DNA of 64,000 bases from Candidatus Omnitrophota bacterium (GTDB lineage Bacteria > Omnitrophota > Gorgyraeia > Gorgyraeales > Gorgyraeaceae): positions 280 through 64,279 of the forward strand of contig JAHJQM010000029.1 of assembly GCA_018819285.1 (NCBI GenBank). Reading direction: 5' to 3'. Made by a program: the position numbers and the translations under genes. A model generated the notes under the pieces. It was not told the origin of the DNA. It searched no databases and was given only the letters and a program-made list of their open reading frames with translations. Every line of letters begins with the position of its first letter. Position 1 is the stretch's first letter. Of the stretch, positions 38,624-48,030 are shown piece by piece.

Positions 38624-39724
38624 TTAACGCAACTTTAATGTAGAAAAACTGAGCAAAACTAATATTATTGCGATTATCCAGAATCTTACTGTGACCTTTG
38701 ACTCAGGCCAGCCGCACATTTCAAAATGATGATGTATGGGCGCTATTTTAAATATCCTTTTTCCGGTTGTCCTGAAAGAAATCATCTGTAATAGCACTGA
38801 CAATGCCTCTACCACAAATATCCCGCCTACTAAGAATAACAACATCTCCTTTTTTATAAAAACAGCTACTGTGCCTATTGCGCCTCCGAGCGCCAGGGCG
38901 CCTGTATCGCCCATAAATATCGTAGCAGGGTATGAGTTATACCATAAAAATCCAAGGCCAGCGCCTATTATTGACGCGCAGAAAACAGTCAGTTCCGCTG
39001 CTTCAGGAAGATAATAGATGCCAAGATACTCAGCAAACTTCACATGGCCTGTTACATAACTCATGCCTGTATAAGTGACTGCTGTCATTATTATTGTTCC
39101 TATTGCAAGGCCGTCCAGGCCGTCTGTGATATTCACAGCATTTGAACATGCGGTAATCACAAGTATTACAAAAGGTATATAAAAAATCCCCAGATCTATT
39201 ACAATATTTTTGAAAAATGGAAATTCAAGCGCCCTGGTATTGTCAGGATTCCAATATAAAAACAACGCTACCATAAGCCCTATGAGAACCTGAAAAAAAA
39301 GTTTTGTCCTTTTATTAAGGCCACGTTTACCTGACTTTGTTTTTTTGTATACTAACTTTCTATAGTCATCTATAAAGCCTAAAATGCCCATATAAAGCGT
39401 AACAAAAAGCGCAAGAAGCAAATAAGAATTGTCCAATTTAGCCCATAGCAAAGTAGACGCAAATATGCCTATTAAAACCAATATGCCGCCCATTGTAGGC
39501 GTACCTTGCTTATTCTTATGCTTTTCGTAGAGGTTAGGGCATTCCTCATGCCTTACGTTTTCGCCTATCTTTAGAGCCGCCAGTTTCCTTATTATAGGCG
39601 GCGCAAAAATAACTGTTATTAAAAATGCGGTGATGCTGGCAAACGCTGCCCTGAAAGTGATATACTTAAAAACATTAAAGATCGTAAAATATTCTCTGAG
39701 CGGATAAAGCAAGTAATATAGCAT
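38624..39724 (-). CDS. mraY: phospho-N-acetylmuramoyl-pentapeptide transferase
   Basis: MraY family with the conserved PTMGG/DDxxD region. Confidence 0.9.
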   Translation of the reverse strand: MLYYLLYPLREYFTIFNVFKYITFRAAFASITAFLITVIFAPPIIRKLAALKIGENVRHEECPNLYEKHKNKQGTPTMGGILVLIGIFASTLLWAKLDNSYLLLALFVTLYMGILGFIDDYRKLVYKKTKSGKRGLNKRTKLFFQVLIGLMVALFLYWNPDNTRALEFPFFKNIVIDLGIFYIPFVILVITACSNAVNITDGLDGLAIGTIIMTAVTYTGMSYVTGHVKFAEYLGIYYLPEAAELTVFCASIIGAGLGFLWYNSYPATIFMGDTGALALGGAIGTVAVFIKKEMLLFLVGGIFVVEALSVLLQMISFRTTGKRIFKIAPIHHHFEMCGWPESKVTVRFWIIAIILVLLSFSTLKLR

Positions 39725-39749
39725 TTATTTTCCCTTTCCGTACCTACGT

Positions 39750-39784
39750 AAGTTGACACTCTAACAATGTCACAGTGTCAACTT
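39750..39784. repeat. REP-A copy 8 (aagttgacactctaacaatgtcacagtgtcaactt); contains the murF stop
   Basis: murF ends ...ATA AGT TGA with TGA at 39778-39780 inside the arm. Confidence 0.85.
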
Positions 39785-41157
39785 ATCTTAAATTGAGATT
39801 CTAGATCGCCTACGATTTCTTCCATTCTCATCGCACGGGAGCCTTTTACGAGAATTGTATCGCCTTTTTTAATCAGGGTGGCGACTTTTTCCCGGGCATC
39901 TTTCATAACTGCGCAGAGTTTTATTTTCCTATTGCTCATGCCTGCTTCCTGCGCGCCTTTTCCGACATGCTCCGCAAGTTTTCCAACAGCTACTATAAGG
40001 TCTATCCCTGATTCTGCCGCTTGTTTACCAACCAGATGATGAAACCTGCTTGAAAATGTGCCGAGTTCAAGCATGTCGCCTGCTATGAGTATTTTTCTGC
40101 CCTCTGTGGTCATATCCCTCAATGCCTCTATTGCCTGTTTCATTGACTGAGGATTGGCGTTATAGGTGTCGTTTATTATTTTTATATCTCCGAATCTCTT
40201 GACCTCCATCCTCATATTAGGCACTCTGAATTCTTTTAAAGCATCTTTTATCTCATCTATAGATATGCCAAAATCCCAGGCGCAGGCTATAGCGCTAAGG
40301 GCGTTATAAACATTATGCCTGCCAAGCACACCGAGCGATATGTCCCATTTTCCATTTAGCCTGAAATTTATACCATCAGGCTCCAGGTTTATCTTATCAG
40401 CATAAAAATCAGCCTCTTTATCAAAACCGAACCAGACGGTCTTGAGATTTGTTTTTATTTTTTTGAGGTATTCATCATCGGCATTTAAAATAAGTTTTGC
40501 ATCCTTATCCATATGTTCCAGTATTTCCACTTTTGCCTTAAGGACAGTATCTACGTCTTCCAAGTATTCCAGGTGCGAATGCCCTATATTTGTAATAATA
40601 GCTACTGTGGGCCTGGCTATTTCTGAAAGCCATCTTATCTCGCCCAAATGATTCATGCCCATCTCTAGAACCGCTATATTGTGCTCGCTATTTAAGCGCA
40701 TCAAAGTAAGCGGTACGCCTATATTATTATTCTCTGTGCCGAAATTTTTTAAAGCATTAAATTTTTTGCTCAGTATGACTGCTGTCATTTCTTTGGTGGT
40801 GGTTTTGCCATTTGAGCCAGTAATGCCTATTATAGGTATGGTAAATCTAGACCTGTGGAAATTTCCAATATTTCCAAGCGCCTTTACGCTGTCATTGACC
40901 GAGATAAAGGAAACATCCGGCAATTTAAAATTTGCATTTGTAATGCCACCTTCCTGGACCAAGACGCCTCCAGCGCCTTTAGAAACAGCGTCCAAGATAA
41001 AACTATGGCCGTCAAACCTATCGCCTTTTATAGCCAGGAAAAGTTCGCCTTTTTTTATCTTGCGCGTATCAGTGGATACGCCTGTCAGTATCTCTTCCAT
41101 ATTCCCTGACAAAAGCTTTCCTTTTACTGCAGTTAAGACATCTCTGACTGTAAACAT
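39778..41157 (-). CDS. murF: UDP-MurNAc-tripeptide--D-Ala-D-Ala ligase
   Basis: P-loop GITGSNGKTTTKE. Confidence 0.85.
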   Translation of the reverse strand: MFTVRDVLTAVKGKLLSGNMEEILTGVSTDTRKIKKGELFLAIKGDRFDGHSFILDAVSKGAGGVLVQEGGITNANFKLPDVSFISVNDSVKALGNIGNFHRSRFTIPIIGITGSNGKTTTKEMTAVILSKKFNALKNFGTENNNIGVPLTLMRLNSEHNIAVLEMGMNHLGEIRWLSEIARPTVAIITNIGHSHLEYLEDVDTVLKAKVEILEHMDKDAKLILNADDEYLKKIKTNLKTVWFGFDKEADFYADKINLEPDGINFRLNGKWDISLGVLGRHNVYNALSAIACAWDFGISIDEIKDALKEFRVPNMRMEVKRFGDIKIINDTYNANPQSMKQAIEALRDMTTEGRKILIAGDMLELGTFSSRFHHLVGKQAAESGIDLIVAVGKLAEHVGKGAQEAGMSNRKIKLCAVMKDAREKVATLIKKGDTILVKGSRAMRMEEIVGDLESQFKIS

Positions 41158-42635
41158 AGCCCCGCCTCCTTTAAAATCCTTTTTACAACCTCCCTATCGT
41201 CAAAGGGAATAGTAGTGTCCTTGAATATCTGGTATGTCTCATGGCCTTTGCCGGCAATTAACACTATATCGCCTTCATGGGCCTCAACCAAGGCCTTTTT
41301 AATAGCGTTAAATCTGTCCGGCTCGATTGCATAATTATCTTTTTGAGGGCTTATGCCCTTAATAATCTCGTTTATTATATCTATCGGCTCTTCGGTCCTG
41401 GGATTATCGCTTGTAATAAAAACAATGTCTGAAAGTTCTGTTGAAATCTTTCCCATGGCCGGCCTTTTAGTTCTGTCGCGATTTCCCCCGCAGCCGAATA
41501 CTGAAATAAGCCTGCGCGGTTTTAATTCCCTCAGGGATTCAAGCACATTGGTAAACCCGTCTTCTGTATGAGCATAATCAACGTAAACTGAAAAATTTTG
41601 GCCGCAGCCAACGCTTTCGAGCCTTCCAGGAAGGCTTTTTAGCGCTTCAACGCCAATCTTTATATCTTTTAAATCCATTCCAATAGCAAGGCTGGCGCCA
41701 ATACTGGCTAGGATATTATAGATATTATGGCGGCCGATTAAATTTGATTTAATTTCAATTGTGCCTTTAGGGCTATAAAGCTTGAATTCTAAACCGTTAC
41801 AGGAAAGTCGCAAGTCTCTGGCTGTAATATCTGCTTCGCGGTCGATGCTGTATGTAATTATAGCTGCCTTGCTTTCAGATTTAACCTTCTCTATAATTTT
41901 TTCTGAAGCAGGGTCGTCTATGTTTACTATTGCAAAGCCGCCTTTTTTTATTTTCTCGAATAATTTAAGCTTTGCGTTCAAATAATCATCCATATTTTTG
42001 TGAAAATCCAGATGTTCTCTGGTAAGATTTGTAAATATAGCCACGTCAAATTGCAATGTCTCCACCCTTCTCTGTTCCAAAGAATGCGAGGAGATTTCCA
42101 TTATACAATAATTTAACTTTTCTTTTTGCATGTTTGATAAAAGAGAGTAAAGCTCTAATGCCCCTGGCGTAGTATTTATGCTGGGGATGGAGCGCTGGCC
42201 AAATCTATAATTCACAGTGCCTATTACTCCCACGCCCTCATTCCTGGACTTAAGTATGCTTTCCATGAGATATGTAATCGTGGTTTTGCCATTAGTGCCG
42301 GTAACGCCTATAAGGCTCATTTTACTAGAGATATCGCCAAAATAAGCCTGAGAAGCCTGAGCAAGGCCGTACTTGGCGTCTTCCACATATATAAAGGTAT
42401 TGCCTCTTTTAAATATACCTGCGCTATCATCATCTAATAAAATCGCATTAGCGCCTCTATCTATTGCCTCATCAATAAAATCCGCGCCATTTACTCTTGA
42501 TCCTTTTAAGGCAATAAACATATAGCCAGGTTTAACTGCCTTTGAATCGCAGGCAATACCTGTTATTTCCAGGTTTGTTTTGCCATCAACCTTCACTGTT
42601 CCGCTTAAATTATCTATTATTTTTTTTAATTTCAT
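41133..42635 (-). CDS. murE: UDP-MurNAc-L-Ala-D-Glu--2,6-diaminopimelate (or L-Lys) ligase
   Basis: P-loop GVTGTNGKTT and MurE family. Confidence 0.9.
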   Translation of the reverse strand: MKLKKIIDNLSGTVKVDGKTNLEITGIACDSKAVKPGYMFIALKGSRVNGADFIDEAIDRGANAILLDDDSAGIFKRGNTFIYVEDAKYGLAQASQAYFGDISSKMSLIGVTGTNGKTTITYLMESILKSRNEGVGVIGTVNYRFGQRSIPSINTTPGALELYSLLSNMQKEKLNYCIMEISSHSLEQRRVETLQFDVAIFTNLTREHLDFHKNMDDYLNAKLKLFEKIKKGGFAIVNIDDPASEKIIEKVKSESKAAIITYSIDREADITARDLRLSCNGLEFKLYSPKGTIEIKSNLIGRHNIYNILASIGASLAIGMDLKDIKIGVEALKSLPGRLESVGCGQNFSVYVDYAHTEDGFTNVLESLRELKPRRLISVFGCGGNRDRTKRPAMGKISTELSDIVFITSDNPRTEEPIDIINEIIKGISPQKDNYAIEPDRFNAIKKALVEAHEGDIVLIAGKGHETYQIFKDTTIPFDDREVVKRILKEAGLCLQSEMS

Positions 42636-42651
42636 ATATACCTATCTTAAC

Positions 42652-42688
42652 AACTTGACACTTTTGACATTGTCAGAAGTGTCAACTT
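42652..42688. repeat. REP-A copy 9 (aacttgacacttttgacattgtcagaagtgtcaactt); contains the ftsI stop
   Basis: ftsI ends ...GCA AGT TGA with TGA at 42682-42684. The inner sequence is close to copy 2. Confidence 0.85.
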
Positions 42689-44400
42689 GCTGGCTTTTTA
42701 TTATTTTTCTCTGCCACTTTTTTGTCTTTTGGCCAGATCTTGTAGTAGCTCATGAGCTCTGCGGCTACTTTTTTAAATACAGGCGCACAGACTACTCCTC
42801 CATAGTAAATCGGCCGCGGCTCGTCCATTATTACAACTATAACAAACTTTGGATTATCGGACGGCACAAAGCCTATAAATGAGGCTGTAAATTTGCTATG
42901 CGAATAAGTGCCGTTAGACTCTACTTTTTGGGCTGTGCCTGTTTTACCTGCAGGAAAATATCCTTCAACCTCTGCAAGTTTTGCTGTGCCGCTATCGACA
43001 ACGCTTCTTAATATAGTTCTCATTTCTCTGGCAGTTTCTTCTGAAATCACCCTCTGGGGTTTCTTTGGCTCAAATTTCTGTATAACATTACCTGTGCAGT
43101 CCTGTATCATATCAACTATTCTTGGCTTTACGAGATTGCCTCCGTTTGCAAGGGTTGACATTGCGCAGGCAAGCTGAAGAGCTGTTACGGTCACTTCCTG
43201 GCCCATTGAAATACTGCAGAGAGAAAGTTTTGACCAGGTATTGGGATGAGTAGTGATGCCATTTACTTCTCCTGGAAGTTCGATGCCTGTCTTTTCTCCA
43301 AATCCAAACTTCTTTATATATTTATACAGCCTGTCTTTTCCGAGCCGCTGGGCTGCTTTCATTGTGCCGATATTAGAAGAATATTTGATCACATCTCTAA
43401 ATTCCAGCCAGCCATGAGGTTTATGATCATGATATTTATGGCCGCACCATTTATATTCGCCGTTCTCGCAGAAAAACTTGTCGCTGGGCTGAACTGCCTT
43501 TTCTTCAAGGAGGCTGGAGGCTGTTATTATTTTAAAACTTGAGCCAGGTTCAAAAAAATCGCATATGGCTCTATTTCTTCTAGAGTCAGGGGGTTCAGCC
43601 TTGGCATTATTCGGGTCAAAATTAGGCCTATTGCTAAGCGCAAGTATATCTCCTGTGAAAGGGTCCATTACAATGATACACGCGCCCTTGGCGTGATATT
43701 TTTTAAAACCATTTTCCAGTTCGCGTTCTGCAAACGACTGGATTAAACTGTCTATGGTGAGTACAAGATTATCTCCGTCAATCGGCTGTATTTCCTTATA
43801 TTCATACCCAGGGACTTCGCGTTGCTTGGCGTCTCTTATCGCATATCTATAGCCTATAACGCCTTTTAAATATTTATCGAATTTCAGTTCCAGGCCTTCA
43901 AGGCCGTTATTATCTATGTCTGTAAAACCAAGGATATGGCTTGCGATTACACCATTAGGATAGGCCCTATGGGGCTCTTTGATAAAATCTATACCTTTAA
44001 TATTAAGGGCGCGGATAACCCTAGCAGTATCCTGGGAAACCTTACGGCCCAACCAAACAAAACCTCTTTTCTGGTTGAGTTTCTTATATATCTCATCCTG
44101 GCTTAGACCAAGGATAGACGCAAGTTTCTGGCTGTCTATGCCTTTATCTTTTACCTTGAAAGGTTCGGCAAATATTGAAACCAGATTTATGTTTATAGCG
44201 AGTTCTTTTAGGTTACGGTCGTAAATTACGCCGCGTTTAGGGAGAAGCGGCACCAAAAGCCTATATTGATTTGAAGCAATATTTGACAGGGATCTTGCTG
44301 CGCCTAGCTGTACAAAAACTAGCCTGACACATAGAAGCACGAACGCTATGATTAAAGTATATAGGACTTTCCTTATACGGGAAGGGGTTCCTTTGTACAC
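42682..44400 (-). CDS. ftsI: penicillin-binding protein (FtsI-type transpeptidase)
   Basis: N-terminal TM helix, SSFK (SxxK), SSN and KTGTA motifs. Confidence 0.85.
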   Translation of the reverse strand: MYKGTPSRIRKVLYTLIIAFVLLCVRLVFVQLGAARSLSNIASNQYRLLVPLLPKRGVIYDRNLKELAININLVSIFAEPFKVKDKGIDSQKLASILGLSQDEIYKKLNQKRGFVWLGRKVSQDTARVIRALNIKGIDFIKEPHRAYPNGVIASHILGFTDIDNNGLEGLELKFDKYLKGVIGYRYAIRDAKQREVPGYEYKEIQPIDGDNLVLTIDSLIQSFAERELENGFKKYHAKGACIIVMDPFTGDILALSNRPNFDPNNAKAEPPDSRRNRAICDFFEPGSSFKIITASSLLEEKAVQPSDKFFCENGEYKWCGHKYHDHKPHGWLEFRDVIKYSSNIGTMKAAQRLGKDRLYKYIKKFGFGEKTGIELPGEVNGITTHPNTWSKLSLCSISMGQEVTVTALQLACAMSTLANGGNLVKPRIVDMIQDCTGNVIQKFEPKKPQRVISEETAREMRTILRSVVDSGTAKLAEVEGYFPAGKTGTAQKVESNGTYSHSKFTASFIGFVPSDNPKFVIVVIMDEPRPIYYGGVVCAPVFKKVAAELMSYYKIWPKDKKVAEKNNKKPAS

Positions 44401-44416
44401 AATTCTTACCTATTTT

Positions 44417-44779
44417 TTAACGGCCGCTCACAAACAGATTGGCTAAAGGGCTTTTCTTTGCTAAATTTTTATAATTTAAAACAAGCTTTTTGGGGGAATG
44501 ATCAATCTTCACCACCTGCCATTTGGAAGGCATGGATAACTCTACTTCCTTGGCTAAGAGTCTTCTCTCAAGAGCGACAGGTGACCTCAAATTTAAAACA
44601 TTATATACCAGAATTTTGTTGTGGTCAACCAACTTTGCATATACATCATTATTTTGTTTCACTTTCAGGCCCATTTGATATATCAAGGCCTGCTGATTCA
44701 CATACATAACTGCTACAAAAGTCACCATCAAGATAGTTGCGAGAATTTTAGGGCAGTAATTGTTGGGGTTTTTATTCAT
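44417..44779 (-). CDS. ftsL: FtsL-like small bitopic division protein
   Basis: 120 aa with one TM helix ILATILMVTFVAVMYV. Located between rsmH and ftsI. Confidence 0.5.
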   Translation of the reverse strand: MNKNPNNYCPKILATILMVTFVAVMYVNQQALIYQMGLKVKQNNDVYAKLVDHNKILVYNVLNLRSPVALERRLLAKEVELSMPSKWQVVKIDHSPKKLVLNYKNLAKKSPLANLFVSGR

Positions 44780-44782
44780 TTT

Positions 44783-45679
44783 TTACAGCCTTTCTCCGAC
44801 TCGAAGCTTGGCGCTTCTGGAACGCGGATTCGCAATCACTTCGTTTTCATCCGCCACAATAGGTTTTTTGGTAAGGATATTAAAAATGCCTTCGGCCTTA
44901 AACTTTTTGAAAGTATGCTTTGCGATTCTGTCTTCCAAAGAATGAAATGATATAACGCAAGCCCTGGCGCCTTTTTCAAGGGCCTCTGGTAATTCCATCA
45001 AGGCCTCGCTTATTGAATCTAATTCATCGTTAGTCTTTATGCGAAGGGCTTGGAACGTCCTGGTAGCAGGGTGAATCTTGTATTTATTGTTAACGTAAGG
45101 AAGGCTGCGTAAAATTACTTCAGTCAACTCAGCTGTTGTAGAGATTTCTTTTTTCCTTCTTTCTTCAACAATACGCCTGGCTATCCTTCCATGAAACCTC
45201 TCTTCCCCTAAATCTTTTATAATAATAGAGAGTTCCCTTTCGCTCAGGCCATTCACCAGGTCCTTTGCAGTAAGGCGCTGGTTGCGGTCCATGCGCATAT
45301 CTAAAGGGCCGTCCATTTTTATGCTGAATCCTCTTTGCCATGCCTCCATTTGGATACTAGATATGCCCATATCAAATATAATCCCATTGGCTTTACTGAC
45401 TCCTATGTCTTTAAGTATTTCTTTTAGATACTTAAAATTTTTGTTTATCAATTTAAATGACCCCTCGAAAGGCCTCAGTCTTTCAGATGCCAGTCTCAAT
45501 GTTTCTTCATCCCTATCGATCCCTATCAGCATGCCGCCAGGTGTGATTTTATGAAGGATTTGCTCGCTATGCCCTGCGCCACCTATCGTAGCATCTACTA
45601 TTATCTCGCCCGGCGCAGGATTTAAAAAACTAATTACCTCTCTCGCCAATACTGGATTATGCAAATAGCTTTTTTCCAT
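44783..45679 (-). CDS. rsmH: 16S rRNA (cytosine1402-N4)-methyltransferase
   Basis: VDATIGGAGHS and DIGVSS are MraW motifs. Confidence 0.9.
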   Translation of the reverse strand: MEKSYLHNPVLAREVISFLNPAPGEIIVDATIGGAGHSEQILHKITPGGMLIGIDRDEETLRLASERLRPFEGSFKLINKNFKYLKEILKDIGVSKANGIIFDMGISSIQMEAWQRGFSIKMDGPLDMRMDRNQRLTAKDLVNGLSERELSIIIKDLGEERFHGRIARRIVEERRKKEISTTAELTEVILRSLPYVNNKYKIHPATRTFQALRIKTNDELDSISEALMELPEALEKGARACVISFHSLEDRIAKHTFKKFKAEGIFNILTKKPIVADENEVIANPRSRSAKLRVGERL

Positions 45680-45866
45680 TATTGCTTTTCAGTATCTTAT
45701 AAATCTCCTCACTAGCCGCAAGACACTTTGGGTCAATATTCAAAGACCGGGTTCTGCGTATACATTCAACAGGAATATCAAAAAAATTTGTTTCACAAAC
45801 TTTACATTTTACAACTACTCTGGAATTATGATTGCGTAACATAAGACCTCCTTTGCTATTCCTCAA
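45657..45866 (-). CDS. possible small Cys-rich (CxxC...C...C) protein between mraZ and rsmH
   Basis: 69-aa ORF with KCKVCETNFFDIPVECIRR...C. It fills the 176-nt mraZ-rsmH gap and overlaps both neighbours slightly. May be spurious. Confidence 0.25.
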   Translation of the reverse strand: MRNSKGGLMLRNHNSRVVVKCKVCETNFFDIPVECIRRTRSLNIDPKCLAASEEIYKILKSNNGKKLFA

Positions 45867-46293
45867 TAAGTTTTTCAGCTACATCTTCGAACGTATCTTT
45901 GGACTTGGAATAATATTCTTCCCAAAGTTCATGGCTCCATATTTCGATACGGTTTGATACGCCGATAATATACACCTCCTTCTTTATTTCTGCGTAATCT
46001 TTCAAGTACGACGGAATAAGTATCCTGCCCTGTTTATCAGGAACCATTTCCGAGGCGCCTGAAAAATAAAGCCTGTTGAATTTTCTGGATTCTCGTTTCG
46101 TAAATGACATTGATTTAAATTTCTGCTCCTGGACCTTCCATTCATCCTCAGCAAACATAAAAAGGCATTTATCCAAGCCGCGGGTAATAAAAAAGCGCTC
46201 GACATAATGCTCCTTGAGCGCGTCCCTGAATTTAGCGGGAATGATAATGCGTTGTTTTCTGTCCAGCGTATGCTTGAATTCTCCGTAAAACAT
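45856..46293 (-). CDS. mraZ: transcriptional regulator MraZ
   Basis: Tandem MraZ/SpoVT-AbrB-like halves and first position in the dcw cluster. Confidence 0.85.
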   Translation of the reverse strand: MFYGEFKHTLDRKQRIIIPAKFRDALKEHYVERFFITRGLDKCLFMFAEDEWKVQEQKFKSMSFTKRESRKFNRLYFSGASEMVPDKQGRILIPSYLKDYAEIKKEVYIIGVSNRIEIWSHELWEEYYSKSKDTFEDVAEKLIEE

Positions 46294-46301
46294 ATGTTAC
46301 T

Positions 46302-46328
46302 CCACTTTACTCCACTTTGTACCACTTT
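46302..46328 (-). promoter_or_regulatory. MraZ operator: three direct AAAGTGG repeats at 10-bp periodicity
   Basis: Plus strand reads ccacttt at 46302-08, 46312-18 and 46322-28. On the minus strand this is AAAGTGGtacAAAGTGGagtAAAGTGGagtaacatATG. It matches the reported MraZ-box consensus AAAGTG[G/T] x3, and the last box overlaps the GGAG SD. Confidence 0.7.
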
Positions 46329-46336
46329 GTAATCAA

Positions 46337-46365
46337 AGTTTACCCTAACAGAGTTTTTATGTCAA
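46337..46365 (-). promoter_or_regulatory. candidate dcw promoter Pmra (TTGACA-17-TAAACT)
   Basis: Minus strand reads TTGACAtaaaaactctgttagggTAAACT, immediately upstream of the MraZ boxes. Confidence 0.5.
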
Positions 46366-46438
46366 GTAAAAATTCTAACTTTTTTGGGATAATACTATAT
46401 ACGGGATATATTGTTATTTATAGACACTAAATATAGTG

Positions 46439-46477
46439 CAACTTTACACAACCGACAATGTCACTTGTGTAAAGTTG
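46439..46477. repeat. REP-A variant (caactttacacaaCCGACAATGTCACttgtgtaaagttg), inverted orientation relative to copy 38578-38616
   Basis: Same arms as the 38578 copy, with the inner 13-mer being its reverse complement plus 2 mismatches. Ends 2 nt after the ribF stop. Confidence 0.75.
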
Positions 46478-46478
46478 T

Positions 46479-47345
46479 TTAGAGGGCGCGTAGAATGTCT
46501 TGTTGGATTTGACGCTTGAGGGCTTCGAGGGATTTGAATTTCTTTTCGTCTCTTATCTTTTTCTTAAATATAACTTCTATATCTCTTCCGTAGATATCTT
46601 TATTAAAATTAAATATATGGGCTTCTATTATTTTGTGGGCGCTTATATTTAATATACCGCCGTAGAGCTTCCCATCCCTATCCAACGCTACGTCAACGCT
46701 ATAAACGCCACTCGAAGGAATGGATTCATGGTGCGGGTCAATATTCGCCGTAGGAAAACCTATTTTTCTGCCGAGCCTTTTACCTTTTACAACAGTGCCT
46801 AAAATTGTTACCGGACGGCCTAATAATTTTGAAGCAAGCAACAGGTCCCCTCTTTCAATCGCTTTTCTGATTCTTGTGCTGGAGACATAGTCTCCTTCTA
46901 TTTTTATAGGCGTGATGCTGCATAATTTAAAATTGTAAAGCTTGCTTAATCTTTTTAACAGCCTTACATCGCCTTTTTCTTTGAAGCCGAATAAAAAGTT
47001 CTCGCCTGTTACAAGCGCTTTGAGATTTAATTTATCTATCAGGATATTCTTTATGAAACCTTCCGGGCTGAGCTTTGAAAAACTTTTCGTAAATCTCTCG
47101 ACAAAAAAATAATCTACGCCCATTTTTTTTATTAATCTGCCTCTATGTTCCAGAGACATTAAAAGCGGGATTTCGGCGCTAGGATTAAGGACGTTTACAG
47201 GATGCGGATTAAACGTAATGACTACGCTTTTGAGGCGCGATCTTTTTGCCTCTTCCAAGACCTTTTTCAAGATCACCTGATGGCCTTTATGGACGCCGTC
47301 AAATATGCCTATCGTAACTGCTGTAGGATATGATATCTTTTTCAT
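46479..47345 (-). CDS. ribF: bifunctional riboflavin kinase / FMN adenylyltransferase
   Basis: IGIFDGVHKGH in the FAD synthetase domain and a riboflavin kinase C-terminal half. Confidence 0.85.
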   Translation of the reverse strand: MKKISYPTAVTIGIFDGVHKGHQVILKKVLEEAKRSRLKSVVITFNPHPVNVLNPSAEIPLLMSLEHRGRLIKKMGVDYFFVERFTKSFSKLSPEGFIKNILIDKLNLKALVTGENFLFGFKEKGDVRLLKRLSKLYNFKLCSITPIKIEGDYVSSTRIRKAIERGDLLLASKLLGRPVTILGTVVKGKRLGRKIGFPTANIDPHHESIPSSGVYSVDVALDRDGKLYGGILNISAHKIIEAHIFNFNKDIYGRDIEVIFKKKIRDEKKFKSLEALKRQIQQDILRAL

Positions 47346-48024
47346 TTACCTCATCCAGGGTCTTTGAATCTTCTAATAAAAAATCTCCTGACGCGCTTCT
47401 TACCAGGCTTGACATGTGGCTCGGAACTCCCAGCGATTTACCAATATCTTCGCATAAGGTTCTCACGTAAGTGCCTTTGGAACACCTAACTCTAAAGGTC
47501 ATTTCCGGAAAATTAAAATCAAGTATTTCAATATCGCTGATTTTTATTTTGCGTGAGCTTCTTTCTACTGTCTTGCCAGACCTTGCAAGCTGATAAAGTT
47601 TTTTGCCTTTATATTTTATTGCGGATACCATTGGAGGGATCTGCTCTATTTCTCCTTTAAAATTATCAAGCGCTTTTTTTATAGCCTCTATATCCAGGCT
47701 CTCGATCTTTGTCTCTTCAATAACTTTGCCTTGACTATCCTGCGTATCGGTCTTTTTCCCAAAAAAGACTTTTGCGACATAAACTTTGTCATCGCTCGTG
47801 AATGTATTTGATAATTTTGTGGCTTTTCCCAGGAGCATCACAAGGACTCCTGTCGCCATCGGATCCAGGGTGCCTGCATGGCCAACGCGTTTTATATCGA
47901 ATTTCCGCCTGATAAAATCTACCACATCGTGGGAGGTAATGCCTGAGGGCTTATTGACTATCAAAATTCCATCCAGTTGCATTGCTCGCCTCTGAATTTT
48001 GCAGATTGCAAAAATAATCTGCAA
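47299..48024 (-). CDS. truB: tRNA pseudouridine(55) synthase
   Basis: GHAGTLDPMATGVL catalytic Asp motif. Confidence 0.85.
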   Translation of the reverse strand: MQIIFAICKIQRRAMQLDGILIVNKPSGITSHDVVDFIRRKFDIKRVGHAGTLDPMATGVLVMLLGKATKLSNTFTSDDKVYVAKVFFGKKTDTQDSQGKVIEETKIESLDIEAIKKALDNFKGEIEQIPPMVSAIKYKGKKLYQLARSGKTVERSSRKIKISDIEILDFNFPEMTFRVRCSKGTYVRTLCEDIGKSLGVPSHMSSLVRSASGDFLLEDSKTLDEVNEKDIISYSSYDRHI

Positions 48025-48030
48025 AATTGG

